Shown here: positions 27,900-40,000 of the stretch, in pieces
How positions within the stretch are numbered: the first letter of the stretch is position 1
How the letters are laid out: every line of letters starts with the position of its first letter
From: Chiloscyllium plagiosum
Lineage: Eukaryota
Reading direction: 5' to 3'
Assembly: GCF_004010195.1 (NCBI RefSeq)
Contig: NC_057724.1
Location: 60,773,687 to 60,837,686 of the forward strand
Length of the DNA: 64,000 nt
The notes under the pieces: model-generated
Told to the model about the DNA's origin: nothing
The model's input: the letters and a program-made list of their open reading frames with translations, nothing else
The model's database searches: none
Made by a program: the position numbers and the translations under genes

Positions 27900-28335
27900 A
27901 GTGGAGAGTGTCAAGCTCCTGGGAGACATCATCATCAACAAGCTTTCTTGGGACTCTTCATGTGGACACACTGGTTACAAAGGTCCAAAAATGTCTCTTC
28001 CTCCTCAGGCAGCTGAGGAAATTTGGCATGACAGCGAATACCCTTGCCAATTTTTAAAGGAGTGCCATCGAGAGCATTCTGTCTGGATGTATCACTACCT
28101 GGTATGGCAACTGTACTATTCAAGATTGGAGACGGTTATAGAGAGTGGTGAACTCTGCCTGGACAATCACAAAGGCCAACCTACCATTTATAGAATCCAT
28201 CCACCAGGCCCGCTGTCAAGGAAAGGCCATCAGCATTCTCAAAGGTCCATTCCACCCTGGCAATGCTTTTCTACAACCTCTCGCACTGGGAGAAGTCAAA
28301 GCTTTTCACTGTGCCTTGGTATACGTGACAATAAA
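27900..28335 (+). mobile_element. Rex1/Babar-like LINE RT C-terminal fragment
   Basis: Encodes LFLLRQLRKFGMTANTLANF*RSAIESILSGCITTWYGNC, typical of Rex1/Babar ORF2 ends. Confidence 0.75.
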
Positions 28336-28509
28336 TTCAATTCAAATCTCATTCCTTTAAATCATTTAGTTTTCCATTTACCTGTAGTTCCTAAATCATA
28401 ATTTTTTGACTATTATTCTCCACTCTTTGTTTTTTAACAGTCATTTACAGTTACCTGTACCATTGGAGCCCTCACCTTCACTTACTAGAAAGAATACTTA
28501 TTCACAGAA

Positions 28510-28925
28510 TTCATAGAATTCTGACAGTGTGGAAGCAGGCCATTCAGCCCATCAAATCCACACTGACCCTCTGATGAGCATCCCACCCAAATCCAGCAAC
28601 ACCCCCTCCCCAACCCCCACCATGTCCCTGCATTTCCCATGGCTAATCCATCAATCCTACACATCCCTGGACACTATGGTCAACTTAGCATGATTAATCC
28701 ACCTAGCCTGCACATCCCTGGACATTATAGGCAATTTAGCTTGGTCAATCCACCTAACCTGGGCATCTTTAGACTATGGCAGGAAATCGGAGCACCTGGA
28801 GGAAACCCACACAGACACGGGAAGAACATGCAAACTCCACGTAAACAGTTGCCTAAGGGTGGAATCAAGCCCGGGTCCGTGGCGCTGTGAGGCAGTAGCT
28901 AACTAGTGAGCCATTGTGCCACCTT
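28510..28925 (-). mobile_element. HE1-type SINE with internal tandem repeats
   Basis: Reverse-oriented head near 28925, V-domain, repeated roughly 51-bp internal unit, tail near 28510. Confidence 0.85.
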
Positions 28926-29117
28926 TGTGAGAGCTTTGTGTGTGAGGACAGCATCAAGTTAAAAAATGTACCAGTACTTACTATTCAGGTTTTCACGTGC
29001 AGACTATCATTAGGAAACAATGGTGGATAATGTTCTGCACCCAGAATCATACACTAACAGCAATCAGCAACTTCAGGAGATAGAACTTTTCAGGAATAGG
29101 AATAATGCCACAGTGCT

Positions 29118-31497
29118 AAGGGTTTAGATGAAGAGGAATTTGTTAAGTCTGTACAAAAAAAAATTCTGATTCAATATGTGGATGTACCTATTAGAGAAGA
29201 TACAAAACTTGACCTATTCTTGGGAAATAAGGCAGGACAGTTGACCGAGGTGTCAGTGGGGAGCAGTTTGGGGCCAGCGACCATAATTCTATTAGTTTTA
29301 AAATAGTGATGGAAAAGGATAGACCAGATCTAATAGACCAGATCAGGTATTAGGCAAGAACTTTGAAAAGCTGACTGGGGACAGATGTTTGCAGGTAAAG
29401 GGACGGCTGGAAAATGGGAAGCCTTCAGAAATGAGATGACAAGAGTTGGGGGACAGTATATTCCTGTCAGAGCGAACAGAAAGGCTGGTAGGTGCAGGAA
29501 TGCTGGATGACTAAAGAAATTGAGGGTTTGGTTAAGAAAAAGAAGGAAGCATATGTCAGGGATAGACAGGATAGATCAAAAGAAACCTGAGAAGACTATA
29601 AAGACAATAAGATTATACTTAAGAGGGAAATCAGGAGGGCAAAAAGGGGACATGAGATAGCTTTGGCAAATAGAGTTAAGGAGAATCCAAAGGGAATATA
29701 TTAAGGACAACAGTGTAACTAGGGAGAGAATAGGGCACCTCAAAGATCAGCAAGGCAGACTTTGTGTGCAACCACAGGAGATGGGGAGATCCTAAATGAA
29801 TATTTTGCATCAGCGTTTACTTTGGAAAAGGTCATGGAAGATATAGAATGTAGGAAAATAGATGGTGATATCTTGAAAAATGTCCATATTCCAGAAGAGG
29901 AAGTCCTGGATGTCTTGAAACACATAAATGTGGATAAATCCCCACAACCTTATCAGGTTTACCCTAGAACTCTGTGGGAAGCTAGAGAAGTGATTGCTGG
30001 GCCTCTTGCTGAGATATTTGTATCATCATAGTCACAGGTGAGGTGCCGGAAGATTGGAGGTTGGCTAACATGGTGCCACTGTTTAAGAAAGGTGGTAAGG
30101 ACAGGTCAGGGAACTACAGACCAGTGAGGCTAATGTCAGTGGTGGGCAAGTTGTTGGAGGGAATACTGAGGGACAGGATATACATGTATTTGGAAATGTA
30201 AGGACTGATGCGGGATAGTCAATATGGCTTTGTGCGTGGGAAATCATGTCTCACAAACTTGATTGAGTTTTTTGAAGAAGTAACAAGGAGCATCAATGAG
30301 GGCAGAGTGGTAGTCGTACTCTATTATGGACTTCAGTAAGGCATTTGACAAGGTTCCCCATGGGAGACTGGTTAGCAAGGTTAGATCTCATGGAATACAG
30401 GGAGAACTAGCCATTTAGAACTGGCTCAAAGGTAGAAGACAGAGGGTGATGGTGGAGAGTTGTTTTCCAGACTGAATGCCTGTGACCAGAGGAGTGCCAC
30501 AAGGATTGGTGCTTGGTCCACTACTTTTCGTCATTTATATAAATGATTTGGATGTGAGCGTAAGAGGTATAGTTAGTAAGTTTGCAGATGACACCAAAAA
30601 TGGAGGTGTAGTGAACAGCGAAGAAGGCTACCTCAGATTAAAACAGGATCTTGATCAGCTGGGCCAATGGGCCAAGAAGTGGCAGATGGAGTTTAATTCA
30701 GATAAATGCGAGGTGCTGCAGTTTGGGAAAGCAAATCTTAGCAGGACTTATACACTTAACGGTAAGGTCCAAGGGAATGTTGCTGAACAAAGAGACCTTG
30801 GAATATAGGTTCATAGCTCCTTAAAGGTAGACTTGCAGATAGATAGGATAGTGAAGAAGGCGTTTGGTATGCTTTCCTTTACTGGTCAGAATATTGAGTA
30901 CAGGAGTTGGGAGGTCATGTTGCGGATGTGCAGGACATTGGTTAGGCCATTGTTGGAATATTGTGGGCAAGTTTGGTCTCCTTTCTATTGGAAGGATGTT
31001 GTGAAACTTGAAAGGGTTCAGAAAAGATTTACAAAGATGTTTCCAGGGTTGGAGGATTTGAGCTAAAAGGAGCGGTTGAATAGGCTGGGGCTGTTTTCCC
31101 TGGAGTGTCAGAGGCTGAGGGGTGACTTTATAGAGGTTTATAAAATCATGAGGAGCATGGATAGTATGAATAGACAAAGTCTTTTCCCTGGAGAGGGGAA
31201 GTCCAGAACTAGAGGGCATAGGTTTAGGGTGCGAGGGAACAGATATAAAAGAGACCTAAATGGCAACTTTTTCACGCAGAGGGTGATATGTGTATGGAGT
31301 GAGCTGCCAGAGGAAGTGGTGGAGGCTGGTAAAATTGCAACATTAAAAGTCATCTGGATGGGTATATCAATAGGAAGGGTGCGGAGGGATATGGGCCAGG
31401 GGCAGGTGGGACTAGATTGGGTTGGGATATCTGGTCGGCATAGATGAATTGGACTGAAGGGTCTGTTTCTGTGCTGTACATCTCTGTGACTCTATGA
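29118..31497 (+). mobile_element. CR1 LINE, 5'-truncated, about 2.4 kb, disrupted ORF2
   Basis: ORFs with GVPQGLVLGPLLFVIYINDLD...SKFADDTK and LEYCGQVWSPFYWKD; many stops and frameshifts. Confidence 0.95.
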
Positions 31498-31525
31498 ATG
31501 ACTAATATAAAAATGGTAGTTATTC

Positions 31526-31553
31526 CTGATGAAGGGCTTTTGCCCGAAACGTC
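31526..31553 (+). ncRNA. Minimal hammerhead ribozyme motif in a solo PLE terminal repeat (about 31520-31615)
   Basis: CTGATGA-A-GGGC-TTTT-GCCC-GAAACGTC. Confidence 0.7.
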
Positions 31554-32422
31554 GATTTTCCTGCTCCTCGGATGCTGTCCGACCTGCTGTGCTTTTCCAG
31601 CACCACTCTCATCTAAACATCATCAGTGAGCCTCCGGATGAAGCACTGGTGGCATGGCCCACTTTCTATTTATGTGTTTAGAACGTGGTTAATTTTTAAA
31701 ATTTACATTTCTACTTCCACAGCTTGTTGCATAATAATGTAATGCTTAACACTGAGGAGTGCTTTGAGCACAACAAACTATGATGACATCACACAGACTT
31801 TGCTGGGAGAATAGCTCAGAACCTTAAAGGAATGAGTCCTACCATTCCATGTCCTCTTTATAGTCTCTGTAGTAATGTCTATCATATCAGTATAGCTTGA
31901 ATATAGTTGCTAATATGCATCTACATTAAACTATACCTTATTAAAGACATGAGCTTACTTTTGTTTGACTAGTCAATGATTTCCTATTACATGACCAGAC
32001 CAACCCTGTCGAAGTTTATCTAAAACAAGGATGTTGGCAGTAAACCTACCCATGGTGAGCAAAGATGCAAATGATATCAATGAACAAGGTGGTCTGAAAT
32101 GAGAATTTTTCATACAATCACTTGACATTTCAAAGCATTTTACAGTCAGTGAAGCCTTTTGAAGCTTTTACACTGATCTAATGTAGCAAACATTGCAGCT
32201 GAGTCGAGAACAATGAACTTCTGCATGCAGTATGGTCATAATGACCGGATAATCTGTTTTTATGATGTTGCTCAAGGGATAAATATTGGTCAGGACTGTA
32301 GGGATAATTCCACTGCTCTTCTTCAAAAATAGTGCCAATGTTTATACATCATTCTGGTTTTAGACAGGTTTCAGTTCCACCCAAAAGACAGGCAACACTA
32401 ATGAAATTATGGTCTGGACAAT

Positions 32423-32457
32423 CACCTGATGAAGAAGTGTCACTCCGAAAGCTAGTG
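32423..32457 (+). ncRNA. Minimal hammerhead motif, second family
   Basis: CAC-CTGATGA-A-GAAG-TGTCA-CTCC-GAAAGCTA-GTG: stem I CAC/GTG, palindromic AGCU in place of stem III, one mismatch in stem II. Confidence 0.6.
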
Positions 32458-33034
32458 CTTCCAAATAAACCTGTTGGACTATAACCTGGTGTTGTGTGAT
32501 TTTTAACTGAAATCATGGTGTTCCCTCGGTATTGTTTGAGAATATCAGCCTTTATTTTTACAGTGAAGTGAAATCCTTTCGGCAGCAAGTTGCTGTACTC
32601 TGCAATGCGCTGCATGAAATGTTTGACTGAAGTGAATTTGATGGGAACTTTCACAAGAAAATAGGATATATACTTGAAACAGAAATGAGGATGTGGTGGA
32701 TGTGGGCACAGTTACAATGTTTAAAAGACAATTGAATTAAGTACGTGAATAGGAAAAATTTGGAGGGATATGGGCCAGGAGCAGGCAGGTGGCACTAGCT
32801 TAGTTTGGGATTATGATCGATGTTCATTGGTTGGACTGAAGGGTCTGTTTCCGTGGTGTATGACTCTATGAGCAGAGCTATGGGAAAAGATTAGGGTAAT
32901 GGGACTATTAGGTAGCCTCTTCAAAAAGCACCAATTACCATAATGAGCTGAATAGTGACATTCAGTGGTGAGTGACTTCATGATTCTGAGATGTCTGGTA
33001 CAAGGCTGCATTCAGTTATCTTTATCCCCATGCT

Positions 33035-33165
33035 AGGTAAAAACAATGAATGCAGATGCTAGAAACCAGATTCTGGATTAGTGGTGCTGGAAGAGCACAG
33101 CAGTTCAGGCAGCATCCAAGGAGCTTCGAAATCGACGTTTCGGGCAAAAGCCCTTCATCAGGAAG
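33035..33165 (-). mobile_element. Solo PLE terminal repeat with an intact hammerhead motif (33134-33161)
   Basis: Same family as the ends of the 14005-15643 element. Confidence 0.8.
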
Positions 33166-33510
33166 GGCCATGTTGTCTAATCTCTAGTTATCGTCTGGAT
33201 CAATTGCCTTTATGAGGATTGGTGGGGAAGAGAAGTGGAGAAGGAAACAGTAGTTGTGGCTTTGTGTCATATTCAGGTTCTTTTGCAACATACAGAAACG
33301 TCAAACCCGAACACTTGGAAAACACGTGAAACGAAACGGAGTGTAGATTCAAGGCACAGGAAACAGTACATCTGAATAGAAAAAAAAGAGCGAGGGTGGA
33401 GGAAATTGCGGAGACCACAGAAGAGGACGGTTGCAAACAGGTCTGCTGTGAGATGGAAGTAAAAATGCCTCGTGTTTAAGAGTCTGCTGAAGTTTCACAG
33501 TAATCGCAAA

Positions 33511-33613
33511 ATGGCAAGACAGTACTCATTGAAAAGACAAATACTACCACAGCGGATTTACTGGATTTGCCTGATTGTTTTAAACAATGTGGCGCTCAAC
33601 ATAGAGGCAAACG
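33511..33613 (+). CDS. Putative first coding exon of an unidentified secreted or membrane protein (orphan exon)
   Basis: Strong Kozak context (caaaATGG); MARQYSLKRQILPQRIYWICLIVLNNVALNIEAN with a moderately hydrophobic core; ends at a consensus phase-1 donor ACG|GTGAGT in non-repeat sequence. No downstream exon found. Confidence 0.4.
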
Positions 33614-34703
33614 GTGAGTCTTTAACACGATTTCTATTTTGTATTTTAAGATAGCAGGAAGGAAACATTTTGAAGCACGTATTTACCACTACCCCATTCA
33701 GAACAAGACTCTCTGTTTACCTTATTTGAAATACGTAGTTGAAAAATATATTTGTCTTTCATATCACTTAAATTTTGTTTCAATTAAATGAGGGATGTCT
33801 TCAGATGTGGTGTTCCTGTCTCTGAACCAGAAACTCCAGTTCAAGTCCCACTCGAGGATTTGATGGCTAAGTCAGGCATCTAACCAAGCTGAGGACTTGT
33901 AAATCCTGCCAATGCAAGCCAATGGCAAGAGGGGAAGATCTTCCTGGTCAGTGATTTGAGGGAACTGAAATTGAAGCCTCCGTGTCACTATTCCTGTCTC
34001 AGAACAATAACCTGCATGGAAAGGTGCGCGTGGTTGGGCGACTTGGGACGAAGGAAGTGGCATGTTGGCTCAGTGTGGATCAAATTGGTGCCAATAGATG
34101 GTGTCGGTTCTGGCTGGGATGCATTTGAGTCCCGCGCCCTTGACTTATCCATGGTTGATGCTGCGGCACTGTGGGTCAGACCTTCCTTCAGGAAAAGAAT
34201 TAAAGGTGCTAAAAGATTCCTGCCCATAGTTTGATTTTCATTTGAAATCAAAATGCTGATCTGCATCAACAATAGGGTCAAGTCTGTCACATGGAGTAAT
34301 ATTTCAAATCTTCTTTAAATGAACCAGAACAACAGAAAATATTTCTTGTGCTTGTGTGTCTCTCCTCTTATAAATGTTGTATAAAAATGTAATATCTTAT
34401 AAAATCCAAATAGATAATTTGGAATTAGAAGGACCTTTTAAAACCTAAGTTAATCACTGCCTCAAATGCCAAGGAACGAAAAATAATCTTGTACTTACAG
34501 GAAATAATATGGCAGGGTGCAGCCCAGTGATGAGAATGCTTAAGGTATCTAACTGGATGGGAAAATCCCAAACTATATTCAATTGAATAAGTCATTTGAA
34601 CTATTTAATCCAAAAAAGTTGATTGTGCAATTTATTTAGTTTACAGCCTGGACTATTTCTTTATTTGCACTGCAGTAATGTGCAAGGCATTATTTACTGA
34701 TAT

Positions 34704-34921
34704 TGGATCAGTGGTGCTGGAAGAGCACAGCAATTCAGGCAGCATCCGAGGAGCTTCGAAATCGACGTTTCGGGCAAAAGCCCTTCTTTTATTCCTGATG
34801 AAGGGCTTTTGCCCGAAATGTCGATTTCAAAGCTCCTCGGACGCTGCCTGAATTGCTGTGCTCTTCCAGCACCACTGATCCAGAATCTGGTTTCCAGCAT
34901 CTGCAGTCATTGTTTTTACTT
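34704..34921. mobile_element. 218-bp palindromic non-autonomous PLE derivative
   Basis: Inverted arms around hammerhead motifs; 16-bp TSD CATTATTTACTGATAT at 34688-34703 and 34922-34937. Confidence 0.9.
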
Positions 34922-36316
34922 CATTATTTACTGATATCCCTAGTTGGATTGTGGACATGAGAAGTCACCATGTACAGCCATGTGTGGGGCAAACTGATTA
35001 GGGGTAACAAGTTTCCTTTCTTTCAGTAAACTAATTGAAGTTCAACGGATTTATTCTTCCCCACTTTGTGGTAATCACTGGCAACTTTGATAAATTCACT
35101 TTTACAACCTCCACCATAGAAATTGTACTAAATGGATTACTGGCGTATCACCATAAACATTGGACTACTGAATGAACAGGCCAATAATCCGAATTAATCC
35201 TAACAAGTTGAAGGCAATAAATCATGAACTAACGTGTATAGAGAATTATGAAGTTGAACATCGCAGCTGATATTTTATTGTCACTCTGTAATAGTTTTGT
35301 GTGTAATCCACTAGATAGGAATGCAATGCAGCGTGTATTCTATGAAACTGTGTGCTGAATATAAATCTATATTCAACTTAAAGATACTGGGAGTAAACCA
35401 TACAAATCTAACAAGTGCCATCCTGTGCTGAATTAGCTGTTCTTAACTGTAAAGTGAATTGAACCCTGTAACTGTTCCTAAAGTAAAAATGCTGGCAAGT
35501 TAGAATAGACAAGGAGTACAGTGATTTCTGCTTTTTGGTAAAGATTGAAAAACCATTCCTTTTTGAGGGTATAATTGTTAGCTGATCGGAAGACCTTAGG
35601 ATATAATTTAAACTCGTGGAACTAAATTGTTTTAATGTGCTAGTTAGACAAAGAGATCATGCATGACCAGTTGTTATTAAGGCTTAAGAATAGGAGGCTT
35701 GACAAACACAGGAAATATCCTTCAGCTCAAGTTTCCACCAGTTGTTAAATGACACTTTCTTAATGTGAATCACACAACTGAGAACGTTATACTGAATAAG
35801 AAGATTGAAGTTTTATGGGTAAGTGGCCAGCAATTGAGAGGTATGCTTCACTTCTTCATTCTGCAGTCAAATGTTTGATATTTCTAAAGATCAGGGACAA
35901 TATGTAGAAGAGACCAGATTTCTTAAAACAAAATCAAAAATGGCCAGTTGCTTCCAGCATGACCTTGAAAGGCTAAATTATCTCCTTCTGTACCACAATA
36001 TCTCTCTGATTTCATCATTTAACAGCTTGACTGGGCTAACCAGAACTAAAGCCAATTGGTCCAAGATCAATATATCTTTGTCATCCCAGAAAGTTTGCTT
36101 CATTGTTATACCTGAGGCTACAGAAGAGCCTTGTGTACATGAATTAAGACAGAGATTAATTTATTTGTAGGTTGGAATTGACCCATATGTCTCAGAAGAT
36201 GGAGTTGAATATGTGTACTTGTACAGGAATTGCCAAGTTGCCACCACTTTTCAAACACACTAACGAAACCAGACATCCTTGCTACTCCATATTCTCTTCC
36301 AGGTTCAATTAGTATT

Positions 36317-36649
36317 TTTTATTGAATCCCTACAGTGTGGAAACAGGTCATCTGGCCCAATAAGTCCACACCAATCCTCCGAAGAGCATCCCACCCAAAA
36401 CCATTCCCCTACGTTTATCCCTGACTAATGCAGCTAACCTACACATCCCTGGACACTATGGTCAATTTAGCATGGCCAATTCACCCAATTTGCACATTTG
36501 TGGGAGGAAACCGGAGCACCTGAAGGAAACCCACACAGACACAGGAGAATGTGTAAACTCCACACAGACAGTCGCCCGAGGCTGGAATTGAACCCGGGTC
36601 CCTGGCGCTGTGAGGCAGCAGTGCTAACCACTGAGCCACCGTGCCGCCC
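36317..36649 (-). mobile_element. HE1-type SINE
   Basis: Full head, V-domain and tail; 11-bp TSD CAATTAGTATT at 36306-36316 and 36650-36660. Confidence 0.92.
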
Positions 36650-37049
36650 CAATTAGTATTGTGGTATATCAATTTGCTGATTCTTAACTCAGTCTGATTC
36701 TGAGCCAAAATTAAGGCTCGGAGACAATGCAAGCAAGTAAACATCAATTGGTACGGTGCTTGTTGCACAGCTGTTTTCATTACACTTTACATTTATTATA
36801 AAATTCAATTTAATATTCTAACACAAACTTCTACAATTAAACTTACATTCTAGTCAATGTAAGACATTATTCTGATAACATAAGACCATAAGATGTAGGA
36901 GCAGAATTCGACCATCTAGCCCATCGAGTCTGTTCCGCCATTCGATCATGCCTGATATGTTACTCAACCCCATTCTCCTGCCTTCCCCCTGTAACCCTTG
37001 ATCCCTATACTAATCAAGAGCCTATCTCTGTCTTAAAGATATTCAACAA

Positions 37050-40000
37050 CAGTTTTCAACTACCTCAACTACCTCGGAACCTCAGCATATCAACTATGGT
37101 CGTAAGTGGTGAAGTCTTGGGTAATCAACCCTTACCCTGATGCATTGCCCTCCATGCCTTGACCATACTAATGACAATGGGGTTCCAGCAGTGGAACTAT
37201 AACTATCCTCATCTTATCCATGAACAACAGGTTAATAAGGAGGCACTTTGCCTTGGAGGCCTCGCCATCCAGCCATATTGATCCTGGATGTTTACCTATC
37301 CAATCGCACACAAAGGATAGCAGGGAACTGAATTGATACCTCCTGAGGTCTGAGAAATCAACTCCTCCCCATCCTGAGGCTACTGCAATTTAGTAAGATT
37401 GATGAGGGGCCACCCATGATACCAGTCGAAGGAATTAAACCAACCCATAAGTTTCTGCAGCGTTGATCTGAGAAACATATAGGGAGCATACGCATGGGAT
37501 AAAGCAAACGAGGAAGGACATTCATTTTGATGAGAGCTATTCGGCCCAACCATGAAATTGGAAGAGCCTCCCATCTCTGGAGATCTCTCCTAATATTGTC
37601 GAGCAAGTGAGTAAAGTTAATCGAAATAACCGATCAAACATGGGGGTAATAAAAATGCCTAGGTATCGGAACGCTGCCCGTGACCACTTAAAAAGGAACC
37701 TAGGGCCACCTTCAGCCTCTGGCACTTCCTTGAAGTTCCCCAAAGGCATAGCTTCCGATTTTACAAAGTCGATCTTATATCCTGAAATAGCCCCAAATGA
37801 ATTGACACACTGTATCAAAAAGGGGTACGGAGGTCATCAGGTTTGGTAAAAACAGAAGGATATCATCCGCATCAGTGTAATCTTGTGTACCCCCAGTCCC
37901 ACTTCCAGAGCGGTTATGTGGATGTTCTGACGAATGGCCTCTGCCAGCAGCTCTACCACCAACGTAAACAATAACGATGAAAGGGGGCAGCCTTGAAGAC
38001 TACCCCTACCAATCTGAAAGTTCCGAGACTTAACCCCGTTGATGATGACCACGGCCAGAGGGTGATGATATAAAACCTCCACCCACCTAGCAAAGACCCC
38101 ATCCAACCCAAACCGCTCTTAGACACAAAAGAGATATGGCCATTCCACCTGGTCAAATGCTTTCTCTGCATCTAAGGAAATCACCAACCCCTGAATCGAT
38201 CGTTGCTGACATACTTGGACCATATTCAGCAACCTTCTAATATTATTAGAAGACCTACGGCCCCTTATAAAGCCTGTCTGGTCTCCTTCAATAATACCGG
38301 GCAACACCTTCTCCAATTTCAGCACCAGGATCTTAGACAGAATCTTGAAATCTGAATTTAATAGAGAGATGGTCCTGTATGAATCACAATCCTCAGGAAC
38401 CTTTCCCTTCTTAAGAATGAGGGAAATATTAGCTTCTCTCGAAGATGGTGATAAGCATTCATGCATATAAGAGTGATTGTACATCTCCAACAATCAGCCT
38501 TGACAAAATCCCCATAAACTCCTGAAAACTCACCTCGGAGACCATCAGGGCCAGGCACATTCCCACTCTGAAGTTGCCTAGCTGCCTCCTGTATTTCCTG
38601 AACTGTCAAGGGGGCATTAAGAAGAAAGTCCAGTTCCAAGGTTACCCCAGGAAGTCCAGGTTCTTAAAAAAGGCTTCCATTTTAGCCCACCTGTCCTCGC
38701 AACTCTCAGACCGATACAATTCAGAGAAAAACTCCAAAAAACCTCATTAATCCTTTAGGCATTGTATGTAAGGACCCTGGCGTAGTCACCCTAGGCCACA
38801 CGGTGGCTCAGTGGTTAGTACTGCTGCCTTTCAGCACCAGGGACCCGGGTTCAATTCCCACCTCAGGCAACTGTCTGTGTGGAGTTTGCACATTCTCCCA
38901 GTGTCTGCGTGGTTTTCCTCCGGGTGCTCCGGTTTCCTCCCACAATCCAAAGATGTGCAGGCCAGGTGAATTGGCCATGCTAAAATTGCTCATAGTGTTA
39001 GGTGCAGGGGTAAATGTAGGGAATGGGTCTGGGTGGGTTGCTCTTCGAAGGGTCGACGTGGATTTGTTGGGCCGAAGGGCCTGTTTCCACACTGTAGGGA
39101 ATCTAATCTAATAAAAATATGCTGCCTTGGCGGCTTTCAACCATGTCTCAAGTAGACACTGCTGTTCCCACTTCTGTCGTTTCCAGCTAGCTGAATAGGA
39201 ATTAGCTAATCCCTGAACAAAGGCCTTAGTGGTCTCCCATAGCATACACAGACTACTAGCTGTGCTTGAGTTGATAAGTCAAGAATTCCTGAAATTCATT
39301 CAAAATGTATTCCACAAATTTGGAATCCTTAAGGAGAAAAGCATCCAGACACCAGTGCCGCAAACTTAGCCCCTCACTTTTGGCCTTAACCTCCAAATAT
39401 ACCGCCGTGTGATCAGAGATAGCTGTGTTCTCAACCCATAATCTAATCCAAAAGGGTCAAAGGAGCCAGAAAAAAGATCAATCCTCACGTGACATTTATG
39501 TGGGTTTGAAAAAAAGGTGAAGTCCCTGCCAGTAGGGTGAAGACATCTCCAAATGTCCACCAGCCCCAACTCTCACATAAGTCAGCCACCTGATTGGCCT
39601 ACGAAGAAATAGTTGGGGTCCCACTAATCATCCCATCTACTGTCTGATCCAAAGGGCAATTGAAATCTCCCCCCTATAATAATGTGCCGTGTTCCAAAGG
39701 CACTCAACTGAGAAAAGGCACTAGCCAAAAATTTGCGGGAATGCTCCTGAGGACAGTAGACATTGAAAATCCATATTCCTTCCCCTGTATCTGAGCCTGA
39801 AACATCACAAACCACTCTTGCTCATCTTTCACCTGCTCTAATAACGTGAACGGAAGATTTTTCTGGATAAGTACCGCCACTTCCCTACTTTTAGTGGTAA
39901 AGGATGAAAAGAATACCTTCAGGTGTTCCCCATTATCAAGATGGTTTTCCTGCAATAGGGCAATATCAACCCTTGCCCTCTTAAGGCTAGAAAGCACTTA

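Noticed and set aside
35965-36030. Minus-strand KLLNDEIREILWYRRR*FS, loosely like ATG4A exon 3 (KLLSDISARLWFTYRRKFS)
   Set aside because: Needs indels, contains a stop and lacks correctly phased splice sites; probably chance.
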